This document shows, in pieces, positions 20,169-30,913 of a stretch of 64,000 nucleotides of DNA. The stretch's first letter is position 1; the number at the start of each line of letters is the position of its first letter. The position numbers and the translations under genes are program-made. The notes below the pieces were generated by a model. The model worked only from the letters and a program-made list of their open reading frames with translations. It was not told the origin of the DNA and did no database searches. Source of the stretch: an uncultured Verrucomicrobiae bacterium (lineage in GTDB: Bacteria; Verrucomicrobiota; Verrucomicrobiia; Chthoniobacterales; JAFAMB01); the NCBI GenBank assembly GCA_963736745.1, contig CAVTQD010000057.1, forward strand, positions 52,678-116,677, read 5' to 3'.

Positions 20169-20585
20169 CTAATGTTGCGACCGCCTGCGCCGTTTGAATC
20201 TCAGTTGTGCCAATGAACGAGCTATCGCGCCCTCAATTTCCGACACTTCTTCCGAGTTCAGATCCTTGTTCTGGAGATCAGCTTTCGCGCGGTTGATTGC
20301 TTCTTCTGCAGAAGCCTCATCAACCTCCGTATCGGCCAAGGCCATGTCGGTCAGAATCGAAACCTTAGTCGGAGTAACCTCCACAAAGCCTGTACCCACA
20401 ACCAGCTCGATATGCTTTTGACCTTGCGTAATTCGAACTTCGCCAGGCAGGAGCCGCGTCATTAGCGGTACGTGCAGCGGCAAAATACCAAGTTCACCTT
20501 CCACACCCGGAAGCACGACCATATCCACCTCTTCCGAGAAGGTCTTTGCTTCCGGAGTGACGATTTCAAGCTGCAATTTTGCCAT
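20169..20585 (-). CDS. atpC: F1 ATP synthase epsilon subunit
   Basis: 138 aa with LEIVTPE...VVLPGVEGELGILPLHVPLMTRL. It is the last gene of the atp operon. Confidence 0.9.
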   Translation of the reverse strand: MAKLQLEIVTPEAKTFSEEVDMVVLPGVEGELGILPLHVPLMTRLLPGEVRITQGQKHIELVVGTGFVEVTPTKVSILTDMALADTEVDEASAEEAINRAKADLQNKDLNSEEVSEIEGAIARSLAQLRFKRRRRSQH

Positions 20586-20591
20586 AGGAAA

Positions 20592-22009
<1,418 letters not shown>

Positions 22010-22018
22010 ATTTCGGAG

Positions 22019-22868
22019 CTATCCAACGGCGAGCTGCGCCGTGGTAATTTCAAGCAACTCTGTCGTGATGTTTTCTTGGCGAACCTTGTTGTATTCGAGA
22101 GTCAGGTCCTTGATCAATTCTTTGGCATTATCTGTCGCATTCTTCATCGCCACCATCCGGGCGCTATGCTCAGACGCCCTGGCATTGAGCGCCATCTGAA
22201 ATAACTGAAAAGCAATATAGTGAGGAAGTATCGCATCCAGAACACCATGCACATCGGGTTCGAACAAATACTCGCCACGAGTTTGCTTCCCCCTGGACAT
22301 CGAGCTCTTCGGCAGGGACCGGCAATAAATTTCGCAACACAGGTTGCTGAGTCAAAGTGTTGACAAACCTCGGGTATAACACTCGCACCTGGTCGACCTC
22401 GCCGGAAATGAACTTATCAGCTGCAAATCTTGCGATCGGCCGAATATCGGCAAAATGAACTGAATCCTTCAAAGCGAAGTCAGCGGTCAGATTTCGTCTG
22501 GTGCGAGCGACATATTGCACCGCTTTTCTACCCATCACGGCAAATTCGGTTTTTTGCCGGTCGGTGTCGGCTAGTTCTCTGAAAAGATTGGTGTTCAAAG
22601 GCCCACAAAGCCCCTTGTCCGTCGAAAAGATCAAGATCAACTCTCGTTGGATCGGACGGACTGCCAGAAGCTCATGGCTGGTCGGGTCGACACGGCCTTT
22701 AATGGCGGCCAAAACCCGCGCCAACATTTCCTGGTACGGTCTTCCGGCAAGCGCGGCTGCTTGAGCCTTGCGCATCTTGGCGGCAGCCACCATCTGCATG
22801 GCTTTAGTGATCTGAGCAGTATTCTTTACCGACTTAATTCGCCGGCGCAAATCGAGGGTGCTTGGCAT
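22019..22868 (-). CDS. atpG: F1 ATP synthase gamma subunit, reading frame broken once (+1)
   Basis: ORF 22170..22868 (MPSTLDLRRRIKSVKNTAQITKAMQMVAAAKMRKAQ) and ORF 22019..22300 (EYLFEPD...ASEHSARMVAMKNATDNA...YNKVRQENITTELLEI). The break is in the C5 run 22289-22293. Confidence 0.9.
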
Positions 22869-22877
22869 CGGAATGAG

Positions 22878-24415
22878 TTAGGGCTTGTAAAAACCTTTAA
22901 AATCCTTGATCGCACTGTGGAGCTTTTCCTCCAACTCTTTGTCGATCGCGAGTTTATCAAGAATGACGGCAAGAATATCTTCTTTCCGAGTCTGGAAGTA
23001 CTCCACCAACTTTCCCTGGCAGTCCTTAATCTTGTCGACCGGCACATCGTCAAAATAACCCTTTTGCATCGCGAAAAGGATGACGACCTCCACCTCTACC
23101 GCGAATGGATTATATTGCACCTGCTTGAAAAGCTCGACGATACGTTGACCGCGCTCGAGCTTTTTGCGGGTGCCGGTATCCACATCCGAGCCGAACTGGG
23201 CAAACGCCTGCAGATCCCGGAATTGGGCAAGGTCCAGTTTTGTCGATCCGGCAACCTGTTTGATCGCCTTGATTTGCGCAGCAGAACCAACCCGACTAAC
23301 TGAAATACCAACAGAAATCGCCGGTCTCACCCCCTGATAGAATAGATCCGTCTCAAGATAAATCTGGCCGTCCGTGATCGAGATGACATTCGTCGGAATA
23401 TAGGCCGACACGTCACCTGCCTGGGTTTCGATGATCGGAAGAGCTGTGAGCGATCCGCCGCCATTCGCCTCATTCGAGACGGGCGCTGCGCTCCAACAAA
23501 CGGGAGTGCAGATAAAACACATCGCCCGGATACGCTTCACGTCCGGAAGGCCGTCTCAAAACCAGGGAAACCTGCCGGTACGCTGCTGCGTGCTTGGTCA
23601 GATCATCAAAAACAATCAGAGCATCCATCCCGTTGGCCATGAACCATTCCCCCATCGCAGCACCGGCGTACGGTGCAAGGTATTGGTTAGTCGCGCTCTC
23701 AGAGGCGGGTGCCGAAAGGACGATGGTGTAAGGCAGTGCTCCGGCCTTTTCCAGCACATCGATCGTCCGGGCGATGCTCATGTTTTTTTGCCCTATTCCG
23801 ACATAAATGCAGTAGAGCGGTTTATGGTTCTTGATCTTTCCTTCTTCGGCGGCTTTGTTCAGGCGGGCTTGATTGATAATTGTGTCAATGGCGATCGTCG
23901 TCTTCCCTGTCGCGCGATCCCCAATGATTAATTCCCGCTGGCCGCGCCCGATAGGGATCATTGCGTCAACGGGCAGAATGCCGGTCTGAACCGGCACAGA
24001 GACGCTCTTTCGCTTGATGATCCCGGGAGCAATCTTTTCGACCGGATAAGTCTCGTCCGATTTGACCGGGCCTTTGCCGTCAATCGGTTGGCCCAGAGCG
24101 TTCACCGCCCGACCAAGCAATCCTTTGCCCAACAGGTACGGAAAGCAATCTACCGGTAGTCCGAACTTCAGTCCCTTCCTTGACCTCGGTATAGTCACCC
24201 ACGATAATGGCGCCTACCTCAGTTTCTTCCAGGTTTAGCGCGATTCCATAGAGCCCGCTGGGAAACTCAATCATTTCGTTGAGCATCACGTCGCTCAACC
24301 CCTCGATTTTCGCGACTCCATCCCCGATTTCCCGAACTGTCCCGACATTCGACCGAGTCGTATCGGCCTTCAGCCCGGAAATCGTTGCTTCCAGTTCCTG
24401 CAGAATTGTACTCAT
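22878..24415 (-). CDS. atpA: F1 ATP synthase alpha subunit, reading frame broken twice (+1, +1)
   Basis: Three ORFs (24080..24415, 23470..24198, 22878..23540) tile a full alpha subunit, including the Walker [19 protein letters not shown] and [31 protein letters not shown]. Breaks are at 24128-24130 and ~23476-23483. Confidence 0.93.
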
Positions 24416-24425
24416 GATTCGATTG

Positions 24426-24818
24426 CTAAAGTTGTTCCTGAAGGTGATTCAGGCGCCCCTTGACGGATCCATCCCAGACATCATTTCCTATCTTGATCCT
24501 AAGACCGCCCAGAAGTTCGGGGTTCGTTCTAAACTCTGTCGTTAAATCTTCCCCATACCTGGCCCTCAAACTCGCGACAATTTGATCACCCAGAGATCTA
24601 TTCAGCGGAGTTGCACTTTCGATGACAGCGTGCCGTTTCTCTGCTTCCAGATGAAGCAACCGTTGATAGTCTTTCAGCACGTCGACATAGCGACGCGGTT
24701 TAGTTGCTAATACAGTCTGGACCATTTGCGAAATCTTCTCCTCATCTAATCTCCCTGAGGTAAAACTGTGTCGAAACAACTGACGGGATACCTTCCGGGC
24801 GTCTTTGGTGGCTTTCAT
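24426..24818 (-). CDS. atpH: F1 ATP synthase delta (OSCP) subunit, compact form
   Basis: 130 aa. C-terminal ELLGGLRIKIGNDVWDGSVKGRLNHL is the OSCP signature. It lies between atpF and atpA and is shorter than the usual ~180 aa. Confidence 0.8.
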   Translation of the reverse strand: MKATKDARKVSRQLFRHSFTSGRLDEEKISQMVQTVLATKPRRYVDVLKDYQRLLHLEAEKRHAVIESATPLNRSLGDQIVASLRARYGEDLTTEFRTNPELLGGLRIKIGNDVWDGSVKGRLNHLQEQL

Positions 24819-24835
24819 TGCCGATCAAAAAGAGT

Positions 24836-25345
24836 CTAGGCGGCGATTTCACGCGCCGTCTCTTCACTAATGCGCTGGTGGTCTTCAGGGGTTAAAACCT
24901 TGCCGGTAACTCGGGTTGTTGTATCGACCACCAGACGACCAAGTTCCCGCTTTATCTCTGACATCAGACGATCTCTCTCCAACGACATCGCTTCCTGCGC
25001 CTTCAAGGTGACCTGCTCCGCTGCAGCAATGGCTTCCTGACGCTTCTGCTCTGCCAACCGGTCACCGCTCGCGCGTACCTCCTCGATCAATCGCTGCGCC
25101 TCGGCGTTGGCTTTCGCCAGGATCTCCTCATATTTTGCCTGGGCCACGGCAAGTTGCTTCTTGATATTTTCAGCGTTGATCTGGCCCTCTTCAATCCTGC
25201 GCCGCCGTTCCTCCAGCATCGCGATAACCGGCTTGAATGCGTAGCGCTTCAGAACCCAGTAGACAAAAGTGAAAAGCACCACCTGAGCTATCAGGTTCGG
25301 CCAGTAAACGCCAAATTGTTGAGCCACATTACCCGCTGCGTCCAT
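24836..25345 (-). CDS. atpF: Fo ATP synthase subunit b
   Basis: 169 aa with a single N-terminal TM helix followed by a long charged coiled coil. It sits in the operon position between atpE and atpH. Confidence 0.85.
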   Translation of the reverse strand: MDAAGNVAQQFGVYWPNLIAQVVLFTFVYWVLKRYAFKPVIAMLEERRRRIEEGQINAENIKKQLAVAQAKYEEILAKANAEAQRLIEEVRASGDRLAEQKRQEAIAAAEQVTLKAQEAMSLERDRLMSEIKRELGRLVVDTTTRVTGKVLTPEDHQRISEETAREIAA

Positions 25346-25435
25346 AAATCAATTGAACAGGGAGAGATCCTTATCTGGGGGGATCGCGGAAACTGCAAGG
25401 ACTTTCTTGCCTTACAGTCTCCACAATCTTCGTCG

Positions 25436-25672
25436 TTATTTCGTGAATGCAATAACCAATCCGTAAATTGCAATCGCTTCCGCCAGCGCCATACCGATGA
25501 TCGCCATTGTCAGGATGCTACCAAATGCGCTGGGATTCCGGCCTACGGCTTCGGCGGCTTTGCCTCCGACTATGCCCACACCCACACCTGCACCCAGGCC
25601 GGCAAAGGCCAACGGCAGAAACGGACCGAAATTCCCGGCTTCGGCCGCCAACATTGGAAGAGTTTCTAACAT
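25436..25672 (-). CDS. atpE: Fo ATP synthase subunit c
   Basis: ORF 25436..25819 trimmed to ATG 25672 (78 aa). Two TM helices, a Gly-rich GLGAGVGVGIVGG stretch and the conserved carboxylate context MALAEAIAIYGLVIAF. Confidence 0.9.
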   Translation of the reverse strand: MLETLPMLAAEAGNFGPFLPLAFAGLGAGVGVGIVGGKAAEAVGRNPSAFGSILTMAIIGMALAEAIAIYGLVIAFTK

Positions 25673-25745
25673 GGTTATTTCCTTTCGCTTTCTTTGTGTT
25701 TCCTTCCAGTCGCCCACGCACAGCATGGTCTCGAGCGGAAAAATT

Positions 25746-26603
25746 TTAGTGCGCTGCCTCTCCCTCCTGATGTTCAGTCGACAACTTGATATAGACGGCG
25801 CAAAGCATCGCAAAAACAAAAGCTTGAAGTAAGCCCACTAACAGCTCGAGGAAATAAAATGGAAGGGGAAACAGGATGGAACACAGCCAGTTCAATGGGA
25901 CTGGGAGCTTTCCGCCCAGGTCCGACATCGTGTGCAACAAAGTCTCTCCAGCGTACATATTTCCGAATAACCGGAAGGAAAGTGAAACAGGGCGAATCGC
26001 GATCGAGATCATCTCAATGACCCCGACGAACAGGAAGAGCGGTAACAAAGCAAACCAGAGGACCCCTTTTAGACCACCCTTGGGCGCGAAGTTTTCCTTG
26101 AGAAACCCAATCACCCCGACCTCCTGAATGGTCCAGAACAGCCACCAGGCCATGAAGAAAAGGGCCATACCTAACGTCATGTTGAGATCGGCGTTGGCCG
26201 GTCGCAGCAGGGGTACACTCACCTCCTTTAATGACAGCGGCAGAGCGCCCGGTTCTCCAAACCCGATCGTACCCACGCCCGGAACCAACCCAAACCAGTT
26301 CGCGGCAAGGATGAAGATAAACAACGTTCCGAGCAGGGAGAACACCTTGGGGATCATGTGCTTACCCACGATGCCCTCGAAAGTCATGTAAAGGGTTTCA
26401 ACGACCGCCTCGAACAGATTCTGGATGCCACTTGGAATGAGGGTCATTCTTGCGGTCGATCGGCGCGCCCAGATCACGACCAAAATTGTGACAATCACCG
26501 TGACCAGCATCGAGTCTGTGAACCAACCCGCGTTTGGGATGAGCGGGTTTGCCGTAACCGTGAGCTGTTCCGCAGCCAGTAAATATGTCAGTTCCATAGG
26601 CAT
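25746..26603 (-). CDS. atpB: Fo ATP synthase subunit a
   Basis: ORF 25746..26801 (TTG) trimmed to ATG 26603 (MPMELTY). Multi-TM protein with the essential-Arg motif SLSFRLFGNMYAGE. Confidence 0.88.
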   Translation of the reverse strand: MPMELTYLLAAEQLTVTANPLIPNAGWFTDSMLVTVIVTILVVIWARRSTARMTLIPSGIQNLFEAVVETLYMTFEGIVGKHMIPKVFSLLGTLFIFILAANWFGLVPGVGTIGFGEPGALPLSLKEVSVPLLRPANADLNMTLGMALFFMAWWLFWTIQEVGVIGFLKENFAPKGGLKGVLWFALLPLFLFVGVIEMISIAIRPVSLSFRLFGNMYAGETLLHTMSDLGGKLPVPLNWLCSILFPLPFYFLELLVGLLQAFVFAMLCAVYIKLSTEHQEGEAAH

Positions 26604-26721
26604 ATCCACTCTCCAGCGATCAAGACACGCCTCCGGCAACTCAGGCGGATGGGGAAAAGCAAGTCGAAGATTGGAGGGTGAACAACCATGAAAGCAATGC
26701 CCATGGAGACATGCAAGTCGT

Positions 26722-26741
26722 TTTGTGAAATTTTTCACAAA
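26722..26741. promoter_or_regulatory. CRP/FNR-type palindrome TTTGTGAAA-TT-TTTCACAAA (TGTGA-N6-TCACA)
   Basis: Perfect 9-bp arms. The core is TGTGA 26724-26728 and TCACA 26735-26739. It lies ~120-135 nt upstream of the atpB ATG (26603, minus strand) and ~380 nt upstream of the SWIB gene. Confidence 0.4.
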
Positions 26742-27117
26742 GTCGCCCCTTCTGACCGGCTCTGCTGGAGCTTCCAAGGACCAGTTGAATACATCCTCCA
26801 ACTCCGTTGCTCAAAGCGTTAAAATCCATATCTGTTGAGTTTGCACATTCAAGAAGGGAACAGTCCGGATCAGCCTGGTCACTTTGTCCAATGGTTATTC
26901 AAGAGGCTGGATGTGTTCGCGTTGCCCATCCGCAGGCTCTGGTGCGAGATAGGCAGTCATCAGACGTTAGAAGAAGCAAATGTTCTCTTCGGGAACCTCC
27001 CAAACGGCGGAGAAAGGTGATCCCCACCTTTGGTGAGAGCCGCGCCGAGCCTCGACAAAGGCTTCCCAAGGCAAATTCTGGTTGATTTCCTGGAGAGTCG
27101 TTCTTTACTCCCTACCT

Positions 27118-27375
27118 ATGTCGAACGAAAGCAAAGCGAAAAGCGCATTTATGAAACCGGTTCAGCCCGATGCTGCGCTTGCAAAGATTGTTGGTGCAAA
27201 TCCTCTCCCCAGGACCGAACTGACCAAAAAGCTTTGGGAGTATATCAAAGAGAACAAGCTTCAGGATAAGAAGCTCATCAAAGCCGATGCCGCACTTGAA
27301 ACCGTTTTTAACGGCAAGAAAGAGGTCGACATGTTCGAACTCACCCGGCTCGTCAATACCCATATCGTCAAATAG
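27118..27375 (+). CDS. SWIB/MDM2 domain protein
   Basis: ORF 27082 (TTG) trimmed to ATG 27118 (85 aa). LAKIVGANPLPRTELTKKLWEYIKENKLQD...DMFELTRLV is the SWIB-domain pattern. Confidence 0.85.
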   Translation: MSNESKAKSAFMKPVQPDAALAKIVGANPLPRTELTKKLWEYIKENKLQDKKLIKADAALETVFNGKKEVDMFELTRLVNTHIVK

Positions 27376-27447
27376 GGCTTAGACGGGCGAGCGCGTTCTT
27401 TGTCTCTTGATCGCTCGACGGACCAGGGAGGTCTCCCTAGATAGGTC

Positions 27448-28161
27448 GTGTCCTCATTAACTAAAAAGCTTGTGGTGGCGATCGCGCTTCTGATCGTGCT
27501 TGCGATCGCCTCTTATTTTTTCCCGATCGTCCCGGCGCTTCAGACTCTCTGCACCTGGGTGGGCGGCCTGGGTCCTCTTGGGGTTTTGCTGCTTGCCCTG
27601 TTCCTTGCGATTGGTTCGCTTTTCTTTCTGCCAGCTAGCCCATTTATCATCGCCGGATCGGCGGTTTTCGGGTTTCCTCTCGGAGTTGTAGGAGCGGTTG
27701 CTGGACTCGCTTTGGGAGCTTCCGGCGGTTTTTGTTTGTCCCGCTGGTTCCTGCGCGAAGAAATCTCCTCCCATTTCCGAAAACACGCGACATTTCGAGC
27801 GATCGATATCGCAATCGAAAAAGAAGGATGGAAAATCGTGATTCTGCTGCGGCTTTGTCCCATCCCGTTTGGATTGGCCAATTATCTCTACGGCTTGACC
27901 GCGGTCCGGTTCCGTCCCTATCTGATCGCAAGCCTGATTGGGGGTTTGCCAAGTCTTTTGCTCTTTTGCCAGCTTGGCTCCGCCGGAAAAGCCGGGTTAG
28001 ACGCCATTGCGTCGGGCCACCTCGGTCGCAGCACGGGAGAGCTGATAGTTCTCGCCATCAGTATGGTGGCGACCGTATGCGCGATTGTTTTGATCCCGTT
28101 GTTTGCTCGCAAAGCAGTCCAGAAATACGCCCAGGTGTCGCTCCCCTCGACCCCCTCCTAA
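27448..28161 (+). CDS. TVP38/TMEM64 (SNARE-associated, DedA-related) family membrane protein
   Basis: 237 aa, GTG start, 5-6 TM segments. FLPASPFIIAGSAVFG and ILLRLCPIPFGLANYLYG are typical of the VTT domain. Confidence 0.78.
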   Translation: MSSLTKKLVVAIALLIVLAIASYFFPIVPALQTLCTWVGGLGPLGVLLLALFLAIGSLFFLPASPFIIAGSAVFGFPLGVVGAVAGLALGASGGFCLSRWFLREEISSHFRKHATFRAIDIAIEKEGWKIVILLRLCPIPFGLANYLYGLTAVRFRPYLIASLIGGLPSLLLFCQLGSAGKAGLDAIASGHLGRSTGELIVLAISMVATVCAIVLIPLFARKAVQKYAQVSLPSTPS

Positions 28162-28229
28162 TCGTTCCCTCGTTCTCGTTCTCGATTTTTGACCGGCGGT
28201 TGCCTGCTCTCCAAGAGATCGAGACGATC

Positions 28230-29603
28230 TCAAAATTGGTACTCTTTTCCAGGCTCAGGAACCACCGCCGACACCCCAGGCAATTCCTTTGAGATCCTCG
28301 ATTTAAACCACGAGACGGCGGGGGCGTCCCCGTGCACCAAGATCACAATCTCAGGCGATATTTGTCGGATGTAGTCAAAGAGCAGCTCTCGAGGTGCGTG
28401 GGCGCTAAAGTCAAATTGACTCACCTGACACGTCAATCTTTGACTCGGCAACCCCTCGTCAAGCTGAACCAAATCGCCTGGTTGAGCCGCTTTAAGCCGG
28501 CCACCCGGTGACTCCGGGTCGGCGTAGCCCACAAAAAACACCGATTGCCTGGGATCAGCCAGAAAGCGCTCGGCTAACTGGTTTGACAATGTTTTCTCCG
28601 TCATCATCCCGCTGGAGAGTGCGTAAATCCGTCGCCGGCCAATTTGTGTGGTTTGAATGTCGCGGCTGCTAAGCACATGCGGCCCGACCGAATCCAGAAG
28701 TTGCAGCCCTTCGTATTGCCTCGGCGCGTGAGACGCCAGCTGATCATGTAAAATGGTAATTTTTGTGCTCAGACCACCGATATAGACGGGGACATTCTGA
28801 AGCTCTCCTTGACGCTTGAACAAATGAAGCATAGTCAGAACCTCCTGGGTTTTCCCCAGGGCGAAAACCGGTACCAGGACAGACCCTCCTCTGTCAAAAG
28901 CGTCTCCGATCGCGCCGAGGAACCGTCGCTCCTCTGCTTTACGCGAATAGCCAACTTCGAGCGCTCGATCGCCCCGCGTCGTTTCTATAATTAGAATATC
29001 GATGTCCCCTTCCGGAAAATCGGCGCCTCGCATCAGCGTCTGCTCCAGAAAATTCACGTCGCCTGTGTAAAAGACCTTTTTCCCTTCCGCTCGAAAGAGA
29101 ATCCCTGCAGATCCCAGGATATGACCTGAATCATACATCTCGAACGTCAAATCGTGATCAGGACTAGGAACACGCTCTCCGTCGACCGTCCAATACTGCC
29201 GGAAACCGACGCTCTGCCAAAGTTCGGAAGCACGGTCCGCTTCGCGGTGGGTAAAGAGCGGGTAATTCGGGATCCTCAGTTCGTCCCGCTGTCGCGACAT
29301 CACGTTCACGGAGTTATGCAACATGACATCCGACAGCTTCGCGGTCGCGTGCGTCATGAATACCCTCGCTTGCGGCTGCCTGCGCATAAGTACCGGCAGC
29401 GAGCCAATATGATCCTGATGCGCATGCGAGATGAGTATCGCGTCGAGCGAACCATCCGGAATCGATCTATAAAAGGGCAGAGCCGCGTCGCCCTCTTGCT
29501 TAGGATGTAAGCCCGCATCTAGCACCAGTTTCCTGCCGTCCAGCTCCAGGAAATACGAATTCGCGCCAATCTCCGTTTGCCGGGTCAGATTAATAAATCG
29601 CAT
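28230..29603 (-). CDS. MBL-fold metallo-hydrolase with beta-CASP / RNA-metabolising architecture
   Basis: 457 aa with the metallo-beta-lactamase motif ISHAHQDHIGSLP, a downstream beta-CASP-like insertion and a C-terminal VHGD motif. Confidence 0.85.
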   Translation of the reverse strand: MRFINLTRQTEIGANSYFLELDGRKLVLDAGLHPKQEGDAALPFYRSIPDGSLDAILISHAHQDHIGSLPVLMRRQPQARVFMTHATAKLSDVMLHNSVNVMSRQRDELRIPNYPLFTHREADRASELWQSVGFRQYWTVDGERVPSPDHDLTFEMYDSGHILGSAGILFRAEGKKVFYTGDVNFLEQTLMRGADFPEGDIDILIIETTRGDRALEVGYSRKAEERRFLGAIGDAFDRGGSVLVPVFALGKTQEVLTMLHLFKRQGELQNVPVYIGGLSTKITILHDQLASHAPRQYEGLQLLDSVGPHVLSSRDIQTTQIGRRRIYALSSGMMTEKTLSNQLAERFLADPRQSVFFVGYADPESPGGRLKAAQPGDLVQLDEGLPSQRLTCQVSQFDFSAHAPRELLFDYIRQISPEIVILVHGDAPAVSWFKSRISKELPGVSAVVPEPGKEYQF

Positions 29604-29712
29604 TCTCTTCTTTGTGACGATCCAATTTCGCCGAAACCTCTCAGCTGCGGCGACGTCTCCAAATCTAGTGAATTCAGACCGGAAACCAAATCTTACGTCT
29701 TAGGATCTAAAG

Positions 29713-30874
29713 ATGTTATCTTCGATCAGATCCAGTCAATGGGATTTCGACGCCGCCGCTCACCTCCTTGTGCGCGCCGGATTCGGCGAAGATCCAACCG
29801 AGATTCAGAAAGCTTTGGCGCTGGGACCGAAAAAAGCGGTGGATTCACTGGTCAATGCTAAGCCGGAGGACTATCCGCCGCCCGTATGGGCCAAGCCAGA
29901 CGATCAGGACCAACTACGCGCAGAATTTCAGGAAGCTTCCACACCAAAAGAAAAGCAAATGGTCCGCAAGCTCCTTCAAGACAAATTTATCGGCGAAATG
30001 AAGGACCTGACAGGTTGGTGGGTTACCCGTATGGTCAACACCCGCTCACCGTTGATTGAAAAGATGGTATTGTTCTGGCACGGCCATTTTGCCACCAGCG
30101 GTCAGAAAGTGAGACCAGCGTACAAAATGTGGCTGCAGAATGAAACTTTCCGGCAGAACGCGCTTGGCAATTTTCGCACTATGGTCAAAGCGATATCGCG
30201 CGATCCGGCGATGATGATCTGGCTGGACATCGTCCAGAGCAAAAAAGAGAGACCAAATGAAAATTTCGGCCGCGAATAGGAACTTTCGTGCCCACCCAAC
30301 CCCCCCCAAATTTATGAGTTCTGTTTTTTTGTCCGAAGAGTTTTATCGCTCGCAGGCTCGCAATTCGCAGATCAAGAGCCCGATACAGTTTCTGGTCCAG
30401 GCTCTGCGCACCTTGCCAATTCCCATGCCTGACTCAAATCTGCTGGAGTTCGCATTCCGTCAAATGGGTCAGGTTCCCTTTTTTCCTCCGAGTGTAAAAG
30501 GATGGGACGGTGGGAAGAGTTGGATCAATACCGCAACCCTTACTTTCCGCTATAAACTCGCCCATCAGTTAGTCGAAGGCATTAGCCCGCAAGAAATTGG
30601 ACTTCCGAAACCGCCGGCATTGGAAACGACTATCCCACGGCCGACCATGACGCCACCGTTATTAGTCGACAATATCGTCACTCAGGCAGACCGCGCACAG
30701 CCGGATGCGCTGATCCAAAAGCTCTTTATTCGCACATTCCAATGCGCTCCACAAAACGAACTGACAGGCAAGTTCCGGGATTTTTTATCCACGCGCGAAC
30801 TCCCGCTGGACGATAACGCCATCCGGGAATTGCTACTGCTGATGATGACATCTCCGAACTATCAAGTCACCTGA
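29713..30874 (+). pseudogene. DUF1800 family protein, disrupted (in-frame TAG, frame change in a C8 run, apparent internal deletion)
   Basis: ORF 29713..30279 (MVLFWHGHFATS, RPNENFGRE then TAG at 30277-30279) and ORF 30257..30874 (...SEEFYRSQARNSQIKSPIQFLV). The frame changes at the C8 run 30300-30307. The total is ~387 codons, against my recollection of ~450+ aa for this family. Confidence 0.7.
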
Positions 30875-30913
30875 ATCGTCTATGGAACACCATCTCGATT
30901 TAGTCACCATTGT

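Noticed and set aside
28213-28229. A 7-bp hairpin gagatcg-aga-cgatctc between the convergent TVP38-family and beta-CASP genes, considered as a bidirectional terminator.
   Set aside because: There is no U-tract on either strand and the stem is short. It is plausible but not supportable as a terminator from sequence alone.
30076-30093. TGGCACG...TTTTGCC and a second TGGCACGcgaaTTCGA string (57743-57758) resembling sigma54 -24/-12 elements.
   Set aside because: Both are inside coding sequence (DUF1800 FWHGHFAT codons and the AI-2E transporter). The first has the wrong GG-GC spacing (12 rather than 10). The second has TTCG instead of TTGC.
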